IMG/VR virus record: IMGVR_UViG_3300050138_000093
Coordinates: 1 to 35,872 of that record
Origin: a virus
Strand: one strand, 5' to 3'
DNA: 35,872 nt
Part shown: positions 14,208-21,194 of the stretch, in pieces
Numbering within the stretch: the first letter of the stretch is position 1
Layout: each line of letters begins with the position of its first letter
Notes under the pieces: model-generated
Told to the model about the DNA's origin: nothing
Seen by the model: the letters and a program-made list of their open reading frames with translations, nothing else
Databases searched by the model: none
Translations under genes and position numbers: made by a program

Positions 14208-15114
14208 GTAACGATTCCCTGTAAGAGGCTAACCTATCTGCCATTGAGACATAAGGCTTGCCAGTTGTTATAGCATTCGTAATGCTCTTGAATGCCTGAG
14301 CTTCCTGCTCATATTGTGATTGCTTATTACGGTTATACTCTTCCTCTTCCTCTCGAATAGATTGTGAGGTTATACCCTTATAACCCTGAGGGATTAACCA
14401 TTTCCCCTCACGGACTTTCTTTAAGAAAATGTTAACGCGCTTGTTAACCGTTACAAACCGTTTGTCGTTGTTTGTCTCAAAACTGTAGTAAATACCTTGT
14501 GCAATGATTTCATCCTCAACATAGACCCCGCGATTGGCAATAACCCCTAACAAATGGGTTTTAACAGATTCCGTATCAGAAAAAACAGAGGGGTTAACAG
14601 GCCCCTGTTTTTGTTTTTTCTTGGAAACCTCTTGGGAAACCTCTTGTTTATATAAGTCTGCATTTGGTGCAGTGACCTCTGCATATTGTGCAGGGGGTAC
14701 TGCATATGGTGCAGGGGTAGGCAATTTTTGTACAGGGTTATCCACACCCTCTGCATATTGTGCAGGGGTGGTTTCAGATTGAACAGGTTTGAACATTCCA
14801 TAGGTTTGGCCCACGGTGAATGTGTTTACCTGCCCGCGTCTGAAGTGATATAGGTTTGTGCGTTGGATGATATAGTGGGTGTGTTCTAGCTCGTTAAGAA
14901 CGTCGAATGTTTTGCGTTCTGATATGCCGGAAAGAGTAGCTAAGTTTTTTACGGTGATTTCTGTATCGTCTGATTCTTTATTGTAACTAACTAGTTTGCG
15001 GAGCTGGCCATAGACTTTTAAGGCATACGGCGAAAACAAATCAAATATTATTTCATCGCAGATTAAAAAAGTTGTCTCTTTGGCGCGTCTAAATTTTACA
15101 GAAGGCGTATTCAT
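14158..15114 (-). CDS. Replication initiator, lambda-O-like architecture (winged-helix N-domain, repeat-encoding linker)
   Basis: The N-terminal segment (YALKVYGQLRKLV...ITVKNLATLSGISERKTFDVLNELEHTHYIIQ) parallels the wHTH region of phage O-type initiators, from memory. DNA iterons lie in the linker, which encodes the PAQYAE repeats. Confidence 0.55.
   Translation of the reverse strand: MNTPSVKFRRAKETTFLICDEIIFDLFSPYALKVYGQLRKLVSYNKESDDTEITVKNLATLSGISERKTFDVLNELEHTHYIIQRTNLYHFRRGQVNTFTVGQTYGMFKPVQSETTPAQYAEGVDNPVQKLPTPAPYAVPPAQYAEVTAPNADLYKQEVSQEVSKKKQKQGPVNPSVFSDTESVKTHLLGVIANRGVYVEDEIIAQGIYYSFETNNDKRFVTVNKRVNIFLKKVREGKWLIPQGYKGITSQSIREEEEEYNRNKQSQYEQEAQAFKSITNAITTGKPYVSMADRLASYRESLHVDQGAMPEKAVSTGN
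14658..14768. repeat. Iteron array: candidate origin inside the initiator gene
   Basis: CTGCAT(T/A)T(G/T)GTGCAG starts at 14658, 14679 and 14700 (exact 21-bp phasing). A degenerate copy starts at 14721 and a perfect copy at 14751. Each unit is itself an inverted repeat (CTGCA...TGCAG) followed by GGG(G). Confidence 0.6.
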
Positions 15115-15213
15115 GGTATACTTACTCCGTTGTGTTCTGGCTAAAGAACGTTGTAGGGATGTACCCCGACTTATTTGCAGTAAGTGAGGGCGGGGGCTGG
15201 ATGCCCTAAATTT

Positions 15214-15465
15214 CTAATTATTTTGTTTAATCATCGTAATCAAACTTAAATCCTCTAAAATAACTGTTAAGGCGTCTAAAACCTCTTTGTCGTCGATCAA
15301 AAATTGCTCCTTCATCTTATCAACAATCACGCAGACAGTATATTCGCCCTGATTCATCATCATTTTTACAAAGGCAAATATTCCAAGGACACGTAAATCT
15401 CTTATTTGCATTATATCTTTGTCCTCAAGGACAAATGCAGGGAGCTTCTCTTTCGTAAAATTCAT
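15214..15465 (-). CDS. Hypothetical protein (83 aa)
   Basis: ORF downstream of the internal terminator. Its ATG overlaps the stop of a 12-codon upstream mini-ORF. Confidence 0.5.
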   Translation of the reverse strand: MNFTKEKLPAFVLEDKDIMQIRDLRVLGIFAFVKMMMNQGEYTVCVIVDKMKEQFLIDDKEVLDALTVILEDLSLITMIKQNN

Positions 15466-15534
15466 GCTATAGTTACCTTGTTGTTGATTAAATTTTTCAT
15501 GATGACTTCCTTATGTAAAGTTAGCTGTAGATAC

Positions 15535-15571
15535 AAAAAAGCCCGTCATGTGTCTCCACTTGCGGGCTTTT
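15535..15571. terminator. Intrinsic terminator hairpin, bidirectional form
   Basis: GCCCG (15541-15545) pairs with CGGGC (15563-15567), and the stem extends through CATGTG/CACTTG. Flanked by A6 upstream and T4 downstream. On the minus strand the stem is followed by TTTTTT. Confidence 0.7.
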
Positions 15572-15741
15572 CACTTTAGGCTCGGATCTATTTCAATAAA
15601 CTCCTTTAACCACTGCTCGACCAATTGAACCTCACTACTACTAAAACACAATAAATTAGGGTTTTTAAGGTCTCTATCGTGTACCGAGTTAGCTATTTTT
15701 TCTAAAAGCTCGACCGATTTCGCATAATAGTCAATTGACAT
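15571..15741 (-). CDS. Hypothetical protein (56 aa from the internal ATG)
   Basis: AAGGAGA RBS precedes the ATG at 15741 (MSIDYYAKSVELL...). The longer track ORF from 15813 lacks an RBS. Confidence 0.5.
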   Translation of the reverse strand: MSIDYYAKSVELLEKIANSVHDRDLKNPNLLCFSSSEVQLVEQWLKEFIEIDPSLK

Positions 15742-15839
15742 GAATTCTCCTTTGCTTTTTGTCGCTCCAATGGTTAACATATAAGCAGTCACATCGTGGC
15801 CATTGATTAACACGGTGTACTGTCAGCGGCTTGCGCCAG

Positions 15840-15872
15840 CCTTATGCGATTGCGCCAAACATTCGCATAAGG
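15840..15872. other. Perfect 10-bp-stem hairpin in an ORF-poor region
   Basis: CCTTATGCGA (15840-15849) and TCGCATAAGG (15863-15872) with a 13-nt loop. TTGCGCCA occurs twice nearby (about 15830 and 15850). Confidence 0.4.
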
Positions 15873-16217
15873 TCATCTTATATCAACTTAGTGATTATTT
15901 ACAGTCCGAGGGAATTTGTCGCCAAATGTCGCATTTCTTGCAACCACGGTATAACCCCAAGTTAAAGGTGAAAATTTCATCGGGTATGCGCATCTCATAA
16001 ACCTCTTTTTTATGAAATAAAACACAAATCCAGATTCTAATTAGCCGTTTCATTTTTATGATCCCTCATAGCCTTTTCTATATCTGATATAAGCCCGTCA
16101 TTGATATATCGATGCAAACACCATGTAGCCCACATAGCACGCCCCTTAAGTACCTCATCATTGCTGTTAATATGCTTAAGCAACGCCTCGAAGAACTTAA
16201 TATGATGCTTTAACGAT

Positions 16218-16556
16218 CTATTCCCCGCAAATCAAAGTCTTTAATTGCTCCTTGGCATAACTAAGCCTATGCTGACCTTGTTTAAGGTCAATCACCAACC
16301 TATCTTTCCACTCTAAATACCAGTCGCCTATCTGATAACAAATAAAGTCAATTTGCTCTGGGGTAAGCGAGTTTTGATTCGTTTTAAGACGCTCATAGCG
16401 GGTTTTGAAATTGCCATCCATATTCTCTATAATTTCAGCAGCCGAGATCCACTCATCAACCAAGGAGCGCTCCTCCGCCCCCGGGCATTCAGAATCTTGT
16501 GCTTTTTTAATTAAATTGCGTAAATCATAATAAATTTTGTACAACGCATCGTTCAT
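16218..16556 (-). CDS. Hypothetical early protein (112 aa)
   Basis: ORF abutting the upstream 66-aa gene. No motif recognised. Confidence 0.55.
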   Translation of the reverse strand: MNDALYKIYYDLRNLIKKAQDSECPGAEERSLVDEWISAAEIIENMDGNFKTRYERLKTNQNSLTPEQIDFICYQIGDWYLEWKDRLVIDLKQGQHRLSYAKEQLKTLICGE

Positions 16557-16757
16557 TTATACCAACTTTAAAATATGTAAAACAATCGGCAAAACCATGC
16601 CCCCAACTAATAAACTAATGATCCAGTTTAATTTACCCTCAATGATTTTAAATCGGTGCTCGTGAACACGGATTTTAATTTCATGCTCTATATACTGCTC
16701 GGTTGTCATAATGACTCCATTGTTTAACATATCAATTAACTCGTCACTTGTTGTCAT
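16557..16757 (-). CDS. Small membrane protein with a C-terminal TM helix (66 aa)
   Basis: Soluble helical N-terminal part followed by WIISLLVGGMVLPIVLHILKLV. The architecture resembles XhlA-type or holin-like small proteins. Confidence 0.5.
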   Translation of the reverse strand: MTTSDELIDMLNNGVIMTTEQYIEHEIKIRVHEHRFKIIEGKLNWIISLLVGGMVLPIVLHILKLV

Positions 16758-16929
16758 GGCTCCATTCCGTTTTTAATAGTCCGTTAGTGATTCTCTCTAG
16801 CTTATACTGCGCCGCCTCCGGCACATACCCCCACTTTAACCAATTGCCTAACGTATTAGCAGACATGCTGGTTTCCTTGTGAAAATTGTACTTCGTTCTA
16901 TAAAAATCTCTTACCTCTTCTGGTTTCAC
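16744..16929 (-). CDS. Cro/YdaS-like small HTH regulator, putative
   Basis: GTG start with a GAGGA RBS. It is the first gene after the divergent promoter region. The segment SANTLGNWLKWGYVPEAAQYKLERITNGLL resembles the YdaS/Cro family pattern. Confidence 0.45.
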   Translation of the reverse strand: MKPEEVRDFYRTKYNFHKETSMSANTLGNWLKWGYVPEAAQYKLERITNGLLKTEWSHDNK

Positions 16930-16963
16930 CGGGATGTCCTCGTTCTCTTGTTACTGTGAAAAT

Positions 16964-17024
16964 AGTATAGCTCAATTGTTGAAGTATAGCAATAATTGAC
17001 GTATCATTATCACACGTCAATACC
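16964..17024. promoter_or_regulatory. Divergent early promoter/operator region
   Basis: Rightward: TTGAAG (16979-16984), 17 nt, TATCAT (17002-17007). Leftward, on the minus strand: TTGCTA, 17 nt, TATACT. The inverted repeat TTGACGT (16996-17002) / ACGTCAA (17014-17020) overlaps the rightward -10 and the start region. AGTATAGC is repeated at 16964 and 16983. Confidence 0.5.
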
Positions 17025-17057
17025 GACGCAGACTACATAAAGTAAAGAGGTATTAAA

Positions 17058-17477
17058 ATGCAAGATAGAGACCATACAAATGAACAAGAGCAGCAATTTT
17101 CTGAGTCCTTAACCGAGCTACAAAAAGTTAATAAGCAGCTGGCAAAGCTTCTGGTACGAAAAGAGGAATTGACAGAGCTTATTATTTCGTCGTTAGAGCA
17201 TGATCATGAGGGCCAGAAGTCGTATGAATATGGCGCTTGGAAAATTGAGGTTAAAACGCCTTTTGTTTATTCACTTAATAAAAAGTTGTATGAATCAGGC
17301 AGTGTTAAGTTACCTGATGATTTTAATCCGATTAAAGAGTCTGTATCTTACTCAGTAGATAAAAGGCTTTGTGATAAGTACATGATGGACGCCCCTAAAA
17401 AGGTTCGTGATGCGCTAGCAGAGTTAATTGATAAGAAGCCAGGCAAGGCAGGAATCACGATCAAGGAGCGAGTGTAA
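17058..17477 (+). CDS. Hypothetical coiled-coil protein, possibly Gp157-like
   Basis: 139 aa with an N-terminal coiled coil, directly upstream of the Sak4-type ATPase. That position is where Gp157-family genes sit in siphophage modules. The call is positional only. Confidence 0.35.
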   Translation: MQDRDHTNEQEQQFSESLTELQKVNKQLAKLLVRKEELTELIISSLEHDHEGQKSYEYGAWKIEVKTPFVYSLNKKLYESGSVKLPDDFNPIKESVSYSVDKRLCDKYMMDAPKKVRDALAELIDKKPGKAGITIKERV

Positions 17478-18142
17478 TGAGTAATACCGTATTGGTAATA
17501 GGTCAATCGGGGAGTGGCAAGTCCACCTCCCTGCGTAATTTAGATCCCAAATCAACGTTCATAATTAATGTTTTAGACAAACCGCTTCCCTTCAAGGGTT
17601 TCAAGAAAAACTATCAACCCATTACCAAAGAAAATAAAACAGGCAATTATTACTCAGCCAATGACTGGTCGCACGTTATCAGGGCCATAGAGATGGTTGA
17701 TAAAACACGCCCTGAAATAACCACCTTAATCATCGATGACTGGCAGTATATTTTAGCTTATGAATTTATGCGCCGAGTATCTGAAAAAGGATTTGATAAG
17801 TTTTCAGAGCTTGCAAATCACGGCTGGTCTACGATTAACGCTTGTTTAAGCACACGCCCATCCCTTACCAACTTTATTTTAGCGCATAGCGATACCGACT
17901 CCACGGGACGGGCTAAGTGTAAAACAATAGGCAAGCTGCTTGATGAAAAAATTACTCTTGAGGGATTGTTTACTACGGTCTTGCACTCACGGGTTGTTGA
18001 TGGGGATTATATGTTTCAAACTCAATCTGATAATGAGTTCTTGGCAAAATCTCCGATGGGGATGTTTGAAGAGTTCCTGATACCCAACGATTTAGTCCGG
18101 GTAAAGGGTGCGGTTGAAAATTACTTTAATGATGAGGAATAA
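17477..18142 (+). CDS. P-loop ATPase, Sak4/AAA_24-like recombination protein
   Basis: Walker A GQSGSGKST, Walker B LIIDDW, about 220 aa. Followed by an SSB-like/DUF669-type gene. Confidence 0.7.
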   Translation: MSNTVLVIGQSGSGKSTSLRNLDPKSTFIINVLDKPLPFKGFKKNYQPITKENKTGNYYSANDWSHVIRAIEMVDKTRPEITTLIIDDWQYILAYEFMRRVSEKGFDKFSELANHGWSTINACLSTRPSLTNFILAHSDTDSTGRAKCKTIGKLLDEKITLEGLFTTVLHSRVVDGDYMFQTQSDNEFLAKSPMGMFEEFLIPNDLVRVKGAVENYFNDEE

Positions 18143-18147
18143 ATAAA

Positions 18148-18750
18148 ATGAGTTTTTGGGAATCTGAGTTGGGCGAAGTTACGGGCAAGGCTGAGGATGC
18201 CTTTGCAAAATCATTTACACAAATCCCGGATGGGACGATGGCTCTAGCTAAAATTGAATCATTCGTAACCTCTGAATACAACGGCAATAAATATTTAAGC
18301 CTGCAATGGTTGTTAACTGATGGCGACTTTAAGGGCGCTAAGGTTGAACAAAAACTTAAGGTGTTCGGTGATCCAATGGCTAAGGACTCAGCCAAAGCAC
18401 GCCATAGAGCGCTTAATATGTTGAAATTGATTTATCAGTTATTCAACACCAAGCCTAAACACTCCGGAGAGCCTACCGATCCCGATTTAGCGGTATTCGT
18501 AGGAAAAGCTGCAGGTATCAAAATCCGCGAAACAGAGCCTAACGATCAGGGACGCCAATATAACTGGGTGGCTGAAATTCACGACGTTAAAGGCTTTAAA
18601 TCTGAGACAGGCACGGGACTACCACAAACAGCCTATACCTCGGTAGCCAGCTCAAGTTATAGCAGCTCACAAGGCCCTCTGGATAGTGCGTTTAGCCGAC
18701 AAGCTCAATTACCTACCGACACCAGCCTGGATGATGACGTGCCATTTTGA
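18148..18750 (+). CDS. SSB-like protein (DUF669-type position) with a canonical SSB C-terminal tip
   Basis: 200 aa with a Ser-rich flexible tail. The C-terminus is LDDDVPF; compare bacterial SSB DDDIPF. Confidence 0.6.
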   Translation: MSFWESELGEVTGKAEDAFAKSFTQIPDGTMALAKIESFVTSEYNGNKYLSLQWLLTDGDFKGAKVEQKLKVFGDPMAKDSAKARHRALNMLKLIYQLFNTKPKHSGEPTDPDLAVFVGKAAGIKIRETEPNDQGRQYNWVAEIHDVKGFKSETGTGLPQTAYTSVASSSYSSSQGPLDSAFSRQAQLPTDTSLDDDVPF

Positions 18751-18777
18751 TCAGGTTTTGTACAATTAGGATAATAG

Positions 18778-19428
18778 ATGCCCAGAGATAAGTTAAGTAA
18801 GAGGATAGAAAAGCATCAGGAGCGTAACGAGGATGATGCCAGAGATTATATCGGGGCCAGCAGTATAGGCTCCGATTGTTTAAGGCAGATTTGGTATCAG
18901 TATAAAGGAGTGAAAGCCGAGGCGGTTCCTGCGAAGTTTCGCAGGACTTGGGCGATCGGCAAGAAGCTCGAACATTTGGTTGTTGAATGGTTGACAAATG
19001 CAGGGGTTAAGGTTGACAAAACCGACAAAACCTACGCTGCAAGAAACGTGCCAATTTTTAAGGGTCATTTTGATGGATTGGTGTTTATTGGCGGTAAATG
19101 GTCGATTTTAGAGGTAAAAACGGCTAAAGATGCCAGTTTTAAGATATTTGTTAAAAAAGGGTTAAAGGTTTGGAATCCTCAATATTATGCGCAAGTGCAG
19201 TCCTATATGGGAATGAGCGGCATAAATAGTACATATATACTTGTACTAAATAAGGATAATAGTGATCTTTCCGATGAATTAGTGGTGTTTGATAAAGAAT
19301 TTTACGAAAAACTAGAGGCTAAAGCCTTAATGATTGCCACCGCAGTGGTAGCACCCCCAAAGATCCACGGCTCACCTCTTTGGTATCAGTGCAAAATGTG
19401 TAAGTTTAACAAGGTGTGTCATAAATAA
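18778..19428 (+). CDS. PD-(D/E)XK exonuclease with a Cas4-like four-Cys (Fe-S) signature
   Basis: HFDG...ILEVKTAK nuclease core. One N-terminal Cys (GSDCLRQ) plus C-terminal CKMCKFNKVC, giving C...CX2CX5C. Confidence 0.75.
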   Translation: MPRDKLSKRIEKHQERNEDDARDYIGASSIGSDCLRQIWYQYKGVKAEAVPAKFRRTWAIGKKLEHLVVEWLTNAGVKVDKTDKTYAARNVPIFKGHFDGLVFIGGKWSILEVKTAKDASFKIFVKKGLKVWNPQYYAQVQSYMGMSGINSTYILVLNKDNSDLSDELVVFDKEFYEKLEAKALMIATAVVAPPKIHGSPLWYQCKMCKFNKVCHK

Positions 19429-19438
19429 GGATGAAATA

Positions 19439-19852
19439 ATGAGCAAATTTGTAGTCGATAACAAAGAATTAAATAGTTTGGCTGATGGCATAGAACGATT
19501 TATTAAATCAGTTGAAAAAGATGTTCAATATTTAAGAGATGAAAAAGAGGATTTATTCAATCGATATATGGCTTATAACAAACTTCGATCCTTATTAAAA
19601 GGAGTCGATTTGATTATGAATATTTCTCATAAATCAATGATAGCGGGCCATAATTTACAGGATGAACTATTCCATACCCCATCAGGTAAGCATAACGGTT
19701 GGGATGAAACAAAAACATTTGATCATCCATTTTTTTATGATGAAGAGGACAAAGATGAAGAGGGTGATATGCCTGATTTTCTTAAAAAAATATTAGCAGG
19801 TGCAGTATTGGGGGCCTTAGTTAGTAGAGCATCAAATGACAAACAAGACTGA
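19439..19852 (+). CDS. Hypothetical protein (137 aa) with an acidic stretch and a hydrophobic C-terminal segment
   Basis: ORF with ILAGAVLGALV near the C-terminus. No family recognised. Confidence 0.5.
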   Translation: MSKFVVDNKELNSLADGIERFIKSVEKDVQYLRDEKEDLFNRYMAYNKLRSLLKGVDLIMNISHKSMIAGHNLQDELFHTPSGKHNGWDETKTFDHPFFYDEEDKDEEGDMPDFLKKILAGAVLGALVSRASNDKQD

Positions 19853-20318
19853 TTTAGAAGGGGTCGCGCCTAAACGGCGTGACCGTTTGGCAGAGATTGA
19901 GCGCAGACTATCACACTGCGAGGGTGTTGCTAGGCAATACGAGATGTTATTTAACCAGCTCGAGGCAAAAATGAAAGCGCTGGCAGACCGTCACGGCAAT
20001 ATACAGGCGGTTTATGATTATATGGTTAAGGTGGGCAGTACTATTGTTACGAAAAAAACAGATCATGTGGCGTTTTTAAATCCTAACAACGATCCAAAAC
20101 GATTAAATCGTAAAAATAAGTTTCAGGTTGGCGACTTGGTTTTTTATGCGGATGAGTTAAACAATAAGGTCACGCAATATGTAATTAAGGGTATCGACTA
20201 CATTGATAGACACCCCAGATATTGCCTTGAAAATATGTTTGGATATGCGGATGAAAGCACGCTTTTTGGTAGCGAGAGAGAGGCTTTGGAGCAGCTTAGA
20301 CAATGGAGAGAGAGTTAA
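19836..20318 (+). CDS. Hypothetical protein (160 aa)
   Basis: ORF in the replication operon, overlapping both neighbours. Confidence 0.55.
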   Translation: MTNKTDLEGVAPKRRDRLAEIERRLSHCEGVARQYEMLFNQLEAKMKALADRHGNIQAVYDYMVKVGSTIVTKKTDHVAFLNPNNDPKRLNRKNKFQVGDLVFYADELNNKVTQYVIKGIDYIDRHPRYCLENMFGYADESTLFGSEREALEQLRQWRES

Positions 20319-20632
20319 TGAATGATTTAAAAAAGGCTAACGGAGCGACGGAAATTACAGCGCAAGACCAAGTGTTAAACGCGCATCAATACCTTAAGGA
20401 TTTTTTAGCTAAATTTGAGACAGCCGAGCGTGGCGGGATACATGACTTCATGGAGTTAACCCTATTCAACATGATTAACGCCTCCATTAAAAATATCGAT
20501 GACTATCTAAAGACAGGTCACAAAGAGGTTAACGCCAATGAAATCATGGCCATTGTAGCAGATTCCTATCAAAAAGTTTTAGACGGCATTAAGCGTAATT
20601 TGGAAACCATGAAACAGGTGAATTTTAGATGA
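20318..20632 (+). CDS. Hypothetical protein (104 aa from the TAATG-coupled start)
   Basis: The ATG at 20318 overlaps the upstream TAA, with a GGAGAGAGAG purine tract upstream. The track start at 20303 is in frame and also possible. Confidence 0.5.
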   Translation: MNDLKKANGATEITAQDQVLNAHQYLKDFLAKFETAERGGIHDFMELTLFNMINASIKNIDDYLKTGHKEVNANEIMAIVADSYQKVLDGIKRNLETMKQVNFR

Positions 20633-20862
20633 GTTTTAAACAAATTAGAAAAGGAAATCCAAAATGGGTGCGCCAAGGTCAGGGCAATAAAACTGGGGAT
20701 TTTCACTGGGAATATAGAAAAGAGGGTAAGTATTACGCGCAAGGTTATTATAAAACCGCCGAGGAGGCTTATCAGGCGTGCTTGGATCATCAGGCGTGGA
20801 TTGATAGATTTAGAAACCCTGAAAAATATGCTGGGGTTCTCACCTTCGAGGATCTCAAATGA
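20629..20862 (+). CDS. Small protein with an AP2-like DNA-binding pattern (77 aa)
   Basis: GKYYAQGYYKTAEEAYQAC resembles the strand-helix motif of AP2-type domains. ATGA coupling at both ends. Confidence 0.35.
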   Translation: MSFKQIRKGNPKWVRQGQGNKTGDFHWEYRKEGKYYAQGYYKTAEEAYQACLDHQAWIDRFRNPEKYAGVLTFEDLK

Positions 20863-21179
20863 ATCATTTTTATTTAAATCCCGATCACACAGTAAGACCA
20901 TGCTCGCTTCATGAATGGGCCATGCAATTTGAAGAGATGTCCATGAATGATAGCAAACATGTGGCTTGGGATGAAATTAACGGAAAAAGGATATCCACAG
21001 TATGGCTTGGGTTAAACCATAACTACTTTGGTGGTAAACCTTTAATTTTTGAAACCATGGTATTTGGTGAACGCGGTGGTCATGAGGAGTATATGGATCG
21101 GTACTCAACATGGGATGATGCAGTAGAGGGCCATAAAAAAGCCGTTGCGTGGGTTTTAAATGGATGTATCGAAGAATAA
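20859..21179 (+). CDS. Conserved-looking hypothetical phage protein (106 aa)
   Basis: The motif ISTVWLGLNHNYFGGKPLIFETMVFG recurs in many phage early proteins, from memory. Function unknown. Confidence 0.5.
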   Translation: MNHFYLNPDHTVRPCSLHEWAMQFEEMSMNDSKHVAWDEINGKRISTVWLGLNHNYFGGKPLIFETMVFGERGGHEEYMDRYSTWDDAVEGHKKAVAWVLNGCIEE

Positions 21180-21194
21180 AAGGATTGATTTTAG

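Noticed and set aside
15803-16000. The plus-strand 65-aa ORF
   Set aside because: It has no RBS or promoter context and lies antisense within a minus-strand transcription unit. The composition looks non-coding.
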